A stretch of 64,000 nucleotides of DNA from a virus. Shown here piece by piece: positions 29,608 through 36,962 of this stretch (positions are counted from its first letter, which is position 1; each line of letters opens with the position of its first letter). The position numbers and the translations under genes were made by a program. Under the pieces are notes generated by a model, which was not told where the DNA came from, did not search any database, and worked only from the letters and a program-made list of their open reading frames with translations. Location of the stretch: the IMG/VR virus record IMGVR_UViG_3300020048_000026, positions 32,001-96,000 of that record. The stretch is one strand, 5' to 3'.

Positions 29608-30032
29608 TATTTTCCTTTTAATTTTTCTAATTTTTTCCTTCTCTGTTCCTTAATCGGATCCTCCATTTTAATTTTTTCAAAATCCGCACTCTCTGAATAA
29701 TATCCATTAGACGAACCATACCAACGAATTGTTACATAACCTTTTACAGTTGCTAATTTATAAAAAGTCCAAGTTGCTGATTCATCATAACCATCATCTG
29801 TTTTTGTTGCATCCTGAGTTGATTCTTCTGCCTGTAAAATACGACTTCCAATTAAATCATCTAAATCACCTTCAATATCTTCAATATACACATTTTCACA
29901 GCAATCTTGTGAATGATACATTTTATATTCTGCACCATTCGCAAGATAAAAATAGACAAATTCATCATTAATTCTTTCAATTTTAATGATGAATTTATTC
30001 AATAAGTCACTAATATTAACATGTTCCCTCAT
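29607..30032 (-). CDS. Conserved phage hypothetical protein (YHxQDCCE type)
   Basis: MYHSQDCCENV and RWYGSSNGYYS; RRKKLEKL tail. Confidence 0.75.
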   Translation of the reverse strand: MREHVNISDLLNKFIIKIERINDEFVYFYLANGAEYKMYHSQDCCENVYIEDIEGDLDDLIGSRILQAEESTQDATKTDDGYDESATWTFYKLATVKGYVTIRWYGSSNGYYSESADFEKIKMEDPIKEQRRKKLEKLKGK

Positions 30033-30553
30033 TATTCAAATTTAATTTTTAATCCCATATTCTGCATTGCTAATAATGCTTCTGCATTTCCCTTAGCATC
30101 ATTCACAGGATTATGATCATGAGTTGTTTTTCTTAACTTTTTCCAACTTGACCTTGAATCCATCTTCATACCACAATATAAATCACCTATCCTACGACTT
30201 GACCATCCAAAAGGATTAACTCCTCCATTAAACTCTTGAAAATAAAGATTAATCCAACCTGCATCATATCCATTATTATCCGATATTAAAATAGGCTGAC
30301 CAATTGATACCGATTTAATCCACTCCGCAAATTCTTTCATAACCTTAACTGGTTCATCAAAAGTTTCATGCTCCTCCCTTGAAAATCCACTAATCGCAAG
30401 AGCCTCCGGAACCCAAATACCAGATATCGGTCTTACTTTACCATAAAACGTTTTACTTAAACTAGGCTCCACCACAACCGCTCCAAAACAAACCATTGAG
30501 TGCCTTAAAAAATTCTGTCCATCTGACTCTACATCTACTACTATAAAACTCAT
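30032..30553 (-). CDS. DEDDh 3'-5' exonuclease
   Basis: VVDVESDG, NNGYD, HNPVNDA motifs. Confidence 0.85.
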   Translation of the reverse strand: MSFIVVDVESDGQNFLRHSMVCFGAVVVEPSLSKTFYGKVRPISGIWVPEALAISGFSREEHETFDEPVKVMKEFAEWIKSVSIGQPILISDNNGYDAGWINLYFQEFNGGVNPFGWSSRRIGDLYCGMKMDSRSSWKKLRKTTHDHNPVNDAKGNAEALLAMQNMGLKIKFE

Positions 30554-30577
30554 AATTTTTCTTTTATTTTACAAATA

Positions 30578-30585
30578 CAAATATA
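30578..30585 (-). promoter_or_regulatory. TAnnTTTG promoter box
   Basis: TATATTTG upstream of the exonuclease operon. Confidence 0.55.
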
Positions 30586-30602
30586 TAACAATTTTTAAAT
30601 AA

Positions 30603-30635
30603 AAAAAAGGAATAAAAATAATTTTATTCCTTTTT
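30603..30635 (-). terminator. Intrinsic terminator
   Basis: aaaaaggaataaaa-ataa-ttttattccttttt hairpin after 30655-30837. Confidence 0.7.
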
Positions 30636-30654
30636 AGCTTTTCATTTGGAATTA

Positions 30655-30837
30655 TTACTTTCCTTTAGTTACTTCAACAGATGCTTGTCTATATGGTGTT
30701 ACCAATTTCTTAATTTCACCTAAAGCCTTACGAACATCAGCTTCCGCTGTTTTGTTGCCTTTTTCAACAAATTTTGCGTGTCTTTCTTGTACAATAGCAA
30801 ATTGCTCTTCAATTTTTGCATAGAGTTCTTCTAACAT
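30655..30837 (-). CDS. Histone-H1-like (Hc1-type) small DNA-binding protein
   Basis: EKGNKTAEADVRKALGEIKKLVTPYRQASV resembles Bacteroidota Hc1-like proteins. Confidence 0.65.
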   Translation of the reverse strand: MLEELYAKIEEQFAIVQERHAKFVEKGNKTAEADVRKALGEIKKLVTPYRQASVEVTKGK

Positions 30838-30991
30838 ATTTATTTAATTATTTTTATAATCAATTCAATGATTGATTTTATTGAATACAGATTATATAAC
30901 AATGCTATTATAAAGTTTAATTTTTTTGTTGTTATTTGTTGTTTTTATGATTTAATATTATTAATATATACTAAAAAATGATATTACTATC

Positions 30992-31282
30992 ATGAAAAAT
31001 TATAACGAAGGTAAATTATACGATGAACAAATTAATAGTTTACAAGAAGAACTAGAAGAATTATTAGTGAAAGCTGAAAAAATTCTTGATTATAAATCCG
31101 AAGATATTAACGAAGTAGTTGAAAAATTGCTAATCTTAAATACCGAAGAATCAGATACATTAGCAGCAGATATTATCTCAATAGAAGATGATATGATCGT
31201 TACCGAAGAATATTATTCTGAAATTGAATCCGAAGATCCTTTTACTAACTTGTATGATCAAGATTCAGATTTATCTTTTTGA
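30992..31282 (+). CDS. Acidic hypothetical protein
   Basis: 96 aa, very D/E-rich. Confidence 0.6.
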   Translation: MKNYNEGKLYDEQINSLQEELEELLVKAEKILDYKSEDINEVVEKLLILNTEESDTLAADIISIEDDMIVTEEYYSEIESEDPFTNLYDQDSDLSF

Positions 31283-31505
31283 TTTTCTTTGCTCTTAACC
31301 TCTTTTCAAACTCAACATGATTTGATTCTATAACCTTCAATACCCAATGATAAAATAAATTTTCATGAAATTCCATTAAATGTGATTTGCCTTTATAAAA
31401 AGCACATTGAATTAATATATCATTATTAGATAACTTCTTTCCTAAATCAACTAAAATATCAAGAATATCTTCAGCTGAATACTTTTTTATTTCTGTGAGT
31501 GTCAT
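31245..31505 (-). CDS. Hypothetical protein (start revised; listed upstream part is tRNA-Ser)
   Basis: ATG at 31505 immediately after tRNA CCA; RAKKIKKI tail. Confidence 0.6.
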   Translation of the reverse strand: MTLTEIKKYSAEDILDILVDLGKKLSNNDILIQCAFYKGKSHLMEFHENLFYHWVLKVIESNHVEFEKRLRAKKIKKINLNLDHTS

Positions 31506-31507
31506 TT

Positions 31508-31598
31508 TGGCGGAGAGTGTAGGATTCGAACCTACGGGACCCTTACGAGTCCTACAGTTTTCAAGACTGTCGCGATAGACCAACTCTGCCAACTCTCC
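31508..31598 (-). tRNA. tRNA-Ser(UGA)
   Basis: ACAGT-CTTGAAA-ACTGT, long variable arm, G73, encoded CCA. Confidence 0.95.
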
Positions 31599-31631
31599 AA
31601 TATTTTATATATAAAATTTATTCCTCTATGT

Positions 31632-32261
31632 TTAAATTAATATTAACCTATCTACACCAATCGCAAACCCAATTCCTCCATCATAACTACCACCACCACA
31701 AATTTGTTTCTGCGCACCCAATTTATCACAAGATATTTCAAATCCTTTTCCATCCTTATAGTAATCTAACCCCCTCTTCACATCTGTATTTATATCAAAA
31801 TCTGGTGTTACTAATTCAATTATTTTACTAGATATTTCTATAAGTTCATCTAAATAGTCCTTATTTGGATTCAAAATTTCAACTCCAAATTGTGTAAATT
31901 CCCTATATCTTCCTGCTTGTGGTGATTCACCTCTAAAACATTCTCCAATGTAAAATAATTTTACGTTTTTTTGATATTTTAATTTTTCCTTCGCTATTAA
32001 TTGAACAACAGCCGTATATTCAGGTGCTAAACATATATCACGATTACCAGCATCAGTAAATTTATACATCATATTCCTATTTTCCTCTCCAACCTTGGAT
32101 TGAAAAATTTCAGAATTTTGTATAATTGGTATCATAATTTCTTGATAACCATAAGAATACATAATATCAATCATTTTATTGATTAAATCTCTTTTGTATT
32201 TTGCTGTTTCATTAAAAAGAATCCTAGTTCCTTTATATGTATTTTTAAGTTTTATTTCCAT
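31632..32261 (-). CDS. hisS: Histidyl-tRNA synthetase-like protein, catalytic core only
   Basis: Motif 2 FRGESPQAGRYREFTQFGVE, RGLDYY, GGGSYDG, motif 3 GFAIGVDRL; ends right after motif 3. Confidence 0.85.
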   Translation of the reverse strand: MEIKLKNTYKGTRILFNETAKYKRDLINKMIDIMYSYGYQEIMIPIIQNSEIFQSKVGEENRNMMYKFTDAGNRDICLAPEYTAVVQLIAKEKLKYQKNVKLFYIGECFRGESPQAGRYREFTQFGVEILNPNKDYLDELIEISSKIIELVTPDFDINTDVKRGLDYYKDGKGFEISCDKLGAQKQICGGGSYDGGIGFAIGVDRLILI

Positions 32262-32292
32262 AATTTTTAAATTTTAAATTGAAGAATTATTG

Positions 32293-32366
32293 TAGGTTTG
32301 GTGGGACTCGAACCCACACAGCATTGATTAAGAGTCAATTTCAATATCCAGTTATGATACAAACCC
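32293..32366 (-). tRNA. tRNA-Lys(CUU)
   Basis: ATTGA-CTCTTAA-TCAAT; T-arm GTGGG-TTCGAGT-CCCAC; A73. Confidence 0.85.
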
Positions 32367-32370
32367 AATT

Positions 32371-32456
32371 TGGCACGAAAAGTAGGATTCGAACCCACGA
32401 ACTCTTACGAGATTTGTTTTGGAGACAAACGCCTTTGACCGCTCGGCAATTTTCGT
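32371..32456 (-). tRNA. tRNA-Trp(CCA) with long variable arm
   Basis: TTTGT-CTCCAAA-ACAAA; variable arm CTC-GTAA-GAG; A1-U72, G73, CCA. Confidence 0.85.
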
Positions 32457-32503
32457 ATTTAAAGATGTGCCTGTGTTAATTACATCACACATCTTAATAT
32501 TTT

Positions 32504-32740
32504 TTAGTTAAGTTGAATTAACTTATCATTATCTATTGCTTTTCTTATCCAACGCATAAGTTCAATACTTCTCATTTCTGGTAAAAAATATACATTTGCA
32601 AATTCTACATGATCAGTAGTGTCCATTTCTAATTGATATAATGTACCTTCAACTTGAATTATGTAATATACAACTCCGTTACATACATATGACATTTTAG
32701 CCATTGTTCCTTTTACGATTTCTTTTAAAGTGTGTTTCAT
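32504..32740 (-). CDS. Hypothetical protein within tRNA cluster
   Basis: 78-aa ORF. Confidence 0.65.
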   Translation of the reverse strand: MKHTLKEIVKGTMAKMSYVCNGVVYYIIQVEGTLYQLEMDTTDHVEFANVYFLPEMRSIELMRWIRKAIDNDKLIQLN

Positions 32741-32870
32741 TTTATTTATTATTTTTATTGTTTCTAAATAAGATAGTTTTTTTCAAAATAAACTGGACAT
32801 TTTTCATTTTGAAAAGTTTATGTGAGTAAGAAAAGGATAACTATCACCTATTGATGAAAATTATACTAAG

Positions 32871-32959
32871 TGGCGGAAAAAGAGGGGCTCGAACCCTCGC
32901 ACCGATAACGATCTATACGCTTTCCAAGCGTACCCCTTCACCAACTTGGGTATTTTTCC
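32871..32959 (-). tRNA. tRNA-Ser(GGA)
   Basis: TACGC-TTGGAAA-GCGTA, long variable arm, CCA. Confidence 0.93.
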
Positions 32960-32964
32960 ATTTG

Positions 32965-33037
32965 TGACCCGAAACGGATTTGAACCGCTGACGCAAAGAT
33001 CTTCAATCTTTCGCTCTACCAACTGAGCTACCAGGTC
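32965..33037 (-). tRNA. tRNA-Phe(GAA)
   Basis: AAAGA-TTGAAGA-TCTTT; canonical D and T arms. Confidence 0.93.
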
Positions 33038-33063
33038 AAAATTGTGGAATAAATCCACATTTG

Positions 33064-33137
33064 TGGTACCGACAGGCGTTGACCCTGTATTTTTGGCTTT
33101 TCAGACCAACACTCTTACACACTTGAGTTACGGCACC
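33064..33137 (-). tRNA. tRNA-Phe(GAA), atypical D/T loops
   Basis: TTGGT-CTGAAAA-GCCAA; T-loop GTCAACG; D-loop lacks GG; stems intact. Confidence 0.75.
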
Positions 33138-33143
33138 TTGTTG

Positions 33144-33228
33144 CGGGGAAGATTGGATTCGAACCAAAGAAGTTCTTTGCTGTAAATAATCTTTTCAGAA
33201 TATTCTCTCACCGTGAGAGATTTTCCCC
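33144..33228 (-). ncRNA. tRNA-like RNA A (ACAGCAA motif stem in anticodon-arm position)
   Basis: GGGGAA/TTCCCC acceptor, 7-bp D-like hairpin, AATATTCT-GAAA-AGATTATT-TACAGCAAA, TTGG-TTCGAAT-CCAA T-arm. Confidence 0.6.
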
Positions 33229-33241
33229 ATTTTATTTGTTG

Positions 33242-33316
33242 GGTGCTATGTCGGATTTGAACCGACGACCACTTGAACCACAATCAAGCATTCTAACCAA
33301 CTGAACTAATAGCACC
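33242..33316 (-). tRNA. tRNA-His(GUG), canonical with G-1
   Basis: CTTGA-TTGTGGT-TCAAG; G-1 and C73. Confidence 0.93.
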
Positions 33317-33321
33317 ATTTG

Positions 33322-33409
33322 GGTGTTAGACGGGACTCGAACCCGCAAGGAGTTTAACCTCTCCAGAGTCACAATCTGGCCCGATAACCTATTTACGGAC
33401 TACTAACAC
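33322..33409 (-). tRNA. tRNA-His(GUG) with long variable arm, no encoded G-1
   Basis: CCAGA-TTGTGAC-TCTGG; variable region AGAGGTTAAACTCCTT; C73; base at -1 is T. Confidence 0.82.
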
Positions 33410-33411
33410 AG

Positions 33412-33502
33412 CGGAAGTTGAGGGGCTCGAACCCTCGCGACGTTTTTCAGACGACCTATCAGTTTAGCAAACTGACCCCTTCACCAACTTGGGTAAACTT
33501 CC
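33412..33502 (-). tRNA. tRNA-Ser(GCU)
   Basis: TCAGT-TTGCTAA-ACTGA, long variable arm, G73. Confidence 0.93.
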
Positions 33503-33508
33503 ATTTTG

Positions 33509-33595
33509 CGGAGACAGACGGAGTTGAACCATCACATCAATTCTCATTGATTTCACCGTTTTCGAGGCGGCTAACTACACCAAATAGGTGTCTCC
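33509..33595 (-). tRNA. tRNA-Ser(CGA), atypical D-arm
   Basis: GCCGC-CTCGAAA-ACGGT; variable arm ATCAAT-GAGA-ATTGAT; C at position 8. Confidence 0.8.
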
Positions 33596-33600
33596 AAAAT

Positions 33601-33680
33601 CAGAATACTTTTTTGGATACGAACCAAGTGAACAAATTTCAAGTTTGTTTTTTTACCTTTGATTTTGCTGTAAGTATTCT
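33601..33680 (-). ncRNA. tRNA-like RNA B (ACAGCAA motif stem in acceptor position)
   Basis: AGAATACT-TACAGCAAA...ACAAA-CTTGAAA-TTTGT...TTGG-TTCGTAT-CCAA...AGTATTCTG. Confidence 0.6.
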
Positions 33681-33681
33681 T

Positions 33682-33771
33682 TGGCGGAAGATAAGGGAAT
33701 CGAACCCTTACACCGGCTCTCACCGATATCACTGTTTTCAAGGCAGCTTACCTCACGCAATGGGATCTTCC
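33682..33771 (-). tRNA. tRNA-Ser(UGA), atypical D-arm
   Basis: GCTGC-CTTGAAA-ACAGT; long variable arm; C8; CCA. Confidence 0.82.
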
Positions 33772-33778
33772 AAAGATG

Positions 33779-33860
33779 CACGCCCAAAAGGATTCGAACC
33801 TTTAACCACGCTTACGCATTACCGGGTTGGAACCGGCTGGTCACTCCAATGAGTGGACGC
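33779..33860 (-). tRNA. tRNA-Trp(CCA), long variable arm and atypical D-arm
   Basis: GCCGG-TTCCAAC-CCGGT; variable arm ATGC-GTAA-GCGT; C8; G73. Confidence 0.78.
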
Positions 33861-33876
33861 ATTTATTAATTTTTTG

Positions 33877-33960
33877 TGACCCCTATGGGACTCGAACCCA
33901 TGACTCCCTGATTAAAAGTCAGGTACTCTTCGCTTTCGCTACCAACTGAGTTAAGAGGTC
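33877..33960 (-). tRNA. tRNA-Lys(UUU) with D-loop insertion
   Basis: CCTGA-CTTTTAA-TCAGG; extra GC-GAAA-GC in the D-loop. Confidence 0.88.
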
Positions 33961-33965
33961 ATTAG

Positions 33966-34052
33966 TACGCCCGAAGGGAATCGAACCCTTGTACAACTTT
34001 CGTATCCCAGATTAAAAGTCTGGTGCCTCACGCCTATCTCGGCCACGGACGC
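33966..34052 (-). tRNA. tRNA-Lys(UUU) with long variable arm
   Basis: CCAGA-CTTTTAA-TCTGG; variable region GATACGAAAGTTGTAC; A73. Confidence 0.85.
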
Positions 34053-34064
34053 ATTCTAATTCTC

Positions 34065-34080
34065 CAATATGTCAAATAAC
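34065..34080 (-). promoter_or_regulatory. boxA-like antitermination element
   Basis: GTTATTTGACATATTG just before the first tRNA; resembles rrn boxA (TGCTCTTTAACA). Confidence 0.4.
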
Positions 34081-34139
34081 TTTTTTTACTCTTTTACTCT
34101 TTTACTTTTTTACTTTTTTAGTCCAAAATTCTAATTTTT

Positions 34140-34179
34140 AAAACAAAAAAATCCGAACTTTTTTATGGTTCGGATTTTT
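34140..34179 (-). terminator. Attenuator terminator upstream of tRNA array
   Basis: AAAAATCCGAAC-CATAAAAAA-GTTCGGATTTTT followed by TTGTTTT. Confidence 0.85.
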
Positions 34180-34204
34180 ATATCTGTGTTTAAATGTATT
34201 TTTG

Positions 34205-34294
34205 TTACATCAAATAAGGCATAATAGTCTCCGAACCTTGGCTATGTGACCAAAATTTAAAGGATTTACTACTATGTTTCTTAACTAATGCCAT
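34205..34294 (-). CDS. Leader peptide MALVKKHSSKSFKFWSHSQGSETIMPYLM
   Basis: 29 codons; codons 5-18 are only K/H/S/F/W; contains GGTTCGGA complementary to the terminator 5' arm. Confidence 0.85.
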   Translation of the reverse strand: MALVKKHSSKSFKFWSHSQGSETIMPYLM

Positions 34295-34383
34295 GATTTC
34301 TATTTTATTTGAGTTGTTTATGTTTTTTATTTGTTTTCTATATATAATTAAAATTATATCGTTTTTTTCTATTTTTGTTTATT

Positions 34384-34488
34384 TTATTTTCTTCTTTTTT
34401 GAATTTTTCCCTTAAAACTATACCAGTTAAGCATAAAAGCCATGTATAACAGCTTAAACTTCAAGTATATGTATGCTAATCTTGTCAT
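34384..34488 (-). CDS. Small hydrophobic peptide MTRLAYIYLKFKLLYMAFMLNWYSFKGKIQKRRK
   Basis: 34-codon ORF just downstream of TAATTTTG box at 34507-34514. Confidence 0.45.
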   Translation of the reverse strand: MTRLAYIYLKFKLLYMAFMLNWYSFKGKIQKRRK

Positions 34489-34656
34489 AGTTCCGATTTG
34501 ATTGTACAAAATTACATCTTTTTTCTGAATAAAAAAATTATTTTCAAATTATTTTCAAAAATATCTTTTTTGCTACCTTTAACCTTAGTTAATTAAGCCG
34601 AACGTATAGGTCTTGTGACCGATTTTTAGAGGTTCTGCGACTCAAAAAAGTTATTT

Positions 34657-34854
34657 TTAAAATTCAATTTTACCATTATCTAATAGATCCTCAATCATAT
34701 CATCAATATTATCAAGTAAAAAATTTTTTACTTGATATTTTATGTATTTCTTTTTTGAGGCTTTATCAGCATTATTCCAATCATTTAAATTTGGATTTGC
34801 TTCTATTTCAAATTCAGAATCTATTTTTACTCTTATTTTAAGTTGTTTTTCCAT
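34657..34854 (-). CDS. Hypothetical protein
   Basis: 65-aa ORF with TAATTTTG box at 34871-34878. Confidence 0.65.
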   Translation of the reverse strand: MEKQLKIRVKIDSEFEIEANPNLNDWNNADKASKKKYIKYQVKNFLLDNIDDMIEDLLDNGKIEF

Positions 34855-34901
34855 TTTTATTATTTGATTACAAAATTACATTTTTTTTCTGAATAAAAAA
34901 A

Positions 34902-35330
34902 TTATTCTGATAATTTTTTCAATTTTTTTATTCTTTCTTCTCTCATTTTGAGTAATTCGTATTTTTTAAAATCTTTAATTTCAATTTCGTATATGACTGG
35001 CATTTGGATATTATCTCTTGTAAAGAATGTTGTTTTTATGATAAAGTCTCCTGTAGATAATTTATCAAATATTGGAGGTAGTTCAACGACTTTATTAAAT
35101 GTTCCCCAATGTTGTCTTGTTGACCATTGATTTTTTCTTAATTTAGAGATTATTGGATAGTTATTTTTATTAGGATTTACTTCATATTTAACTGTTACCC
35201 AATCGGCTAAAATTTTATCTTTATAAGAAGCGTTTGTTGGTACTACGGGGCAATCGCAAGAACATATTTTAATATTTCTTGAATAATTTCTTGGTTTCCA
35301 TGAAACGTATTCGTGATTTTCTATTCTCAT
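34902..35330 (-). CDS. Hypothetical protein with RIKKLKKL tail
   Basis: 142-aa ORF. Confidence 0.65.
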   Translation of the reverse strand: MRIENHEYVSWKPRNYSRNIKICSCDCPVVPTNASYKDKILADWVTVKYEVNPNKNNYPIISKLRKNQWSTRQHWGTFNKVVELPPIFDKLSTGDFIIKTTFFTRDNIQMPVIYEIEIKDFKKYELLKMREERIKKLKKLSE

Positions 35331-35332
35331 TT

Positions 35333-35560
35333 TTATTCTTCTATTAAATCAAAAACAATTGCTGTGTATGAGAAATAATCTTCCAATTCGTTTATTACAA
35401 ATTTGTCGGAGATTTTGGTATTTTCATCAAAATCAGATATCCATTTTACAATAAGGGAGTGTTCTATATAGATAGCATCTTTAGAATGAAGAGTTTCATC
35501 CCAAATGAAATAAGGTTTATAACCTTTGCTAATTGCGAATTCTATTAATTTTGTTTTCAT
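35333..35560 (-). CDS. Hypothetical protein
   Basis: 75-aa ORF; TATCTTTG box at 35565-35572, so probably near-leaderless. Confidence 0.6.
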   Translation of the reverse strand: MKTKLIEFAISKGYKPYFIWDETLHSKDAIYIEHSLIVKWISDFDENTKISDKFVINELEDYFSYTAIVFDLIEE

Positions 35561-35602
35561 TATGCAAAGATAAAGAATATTTTCAGATAAAAAAATTAAT
35601 AT

Positions 35603-36496
35603 TTAATCTTCATATTTTATTTTATTTATAAATCCAGAACTACATCCTGTCAATTCCTTGATTTCTCTGTATTTCATATTTTTATTTAATAATTCATGTA
35701 TTTTTTTTCTTTTATTTTCTGTTATTTGCCATCTATTATTATTCAGTCTATTCCATTTTCTCTCCATTATTGGTAATTTTAATTGAATTGCCTTATTTTT
35801 AATTTCATTTAAATTTTTCCAGCCTCCAATCTGAATGATTGAACAATTATCAGAAGTTAGTTTAAATATTTTATTTTCTTTTGTTAGATGAAAATAGAAC
35901 ATTTCTAGTATATTTTTCCAATTGGCATCACATTTTACTTTTAATGTAGAGCCATTTTTATTAATTGAACCATCACCATCAATAAATCCTATAATTAAAC
36001 TAAATAATTGATTATCATCTAATAGTTTTGGAATAATTGGAATATTTTTAGTTTTATTAGTTTTCCAATTAAAAATTTCTTTTATTTTTATGATTGTTTG
36101 TTTATCTGATAAAATATATCTAACTGCATTTAATTTTTTTACGTAAGATGGTTTCAGAACCAAAGTTAAGTGATTTTGTATTTGCTGAAAATATATTTCA
36201 TCTTTTATGTTTAAATTTACATTAAAAGCATAAGATTTACTTATATGTGCGTCCGCTAATAAAAATCCCAACCAATAGCAACTAATATAATCAAAATTCA
36301 ATAATTTTATTAATGTCCTAGGACTATCATTAAATTCTCTTTTTATACCAAATAAGTGTGATATTTTTTGAATATAATTCCAAGATAAATTCAACTCTTT
36401 TGTTATATCTTCTTTTGTTTTTGTTGAATAATTTTTAATTAGATAATTTTTTAAATATTGACTTCTTTCAGTTTTTAGATTTTTATAGTATTCCAT
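35603..36496 (-). mobile_element. Free-standing LAGLIDADG homing endonuclease
   Basis: Two motifs YWLGFLLADAHI and LIIGFIDGDGSI; terminal HTH-like segments. Confidence 0.85.
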
Positions 36497-36516
36497 AATA
36501 CATAAAGTTTTTTACC

Positions 36517-36960
36517 TTATATATTAATATTAAAATCTCGTTTTATTTTAATTTTTTCTTCCCTATCACGAATGGTATTTCTTTTATCGTGGTTCTTTTT
36601 TCCTTTTGCTAGTGAGATTGTAACTTTACAGAATCCTTTGTCGTTTATAAACATTGTGACTGGTACTATTGTTAGTCCTTTTTCTGATGTTTTTCCTCTA
36701 AGTTTTTTCAATTCTCTTTTTGTTAGGAGGAGGACTCTTGGTCTTTTTGGTATGTGGTTAAATTGGTTACCGAATTCGTATTCAGCGATATGTGTATTTT
36801 TCAAAAAGAGTTGGTTACCTTCAAATGAGCAAAAGCTATCTGTGAGGTTAACTTTACCTTCGCGGATAGATTTTATTTCTGTGCCGGTTAATACGATACC
36901 TGCTGTAAATTGTTCAAGTAGGAAGTATTCGTATCCTGCTTTTTTATTTTTAATTATCAT
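36517..36960 (-). CDS. smpB: SsrA-binding protein SmpB
   Basis: NKKAGYEY, AGIVLTGTEIKSIREG, KGLTIVP, AKGKKNHDKR. Confidence 0.97.
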   Translation of the reverse strand: MIIKNKKAGYEYFLLEQFTAGIVLTGTEIKSIREGKVNLTDSFCSFEGNQLFLKNTHIAEYEFGNQFNHIPKRPRVLLLTKRELKKLRGKTSEKGLTIVPVTMFINDKGFCKVTISLAKGKKNHDKRNTIRDREEKIKIKRDFNINI

Positions 36961-36962
36961 TT

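Noticed and set aside
32279-33869. ORFs 32279-32479, 32861-33058, 33418-33852, 33681-33869
   Set aside because: Overlap tRNA genes; by-products of GC-rich RNA sequence
34300-36520. tmRNA near smpB
   Set aside because: No GGGG...TCCACCA tRNA-like ends or tag reading frame recognised
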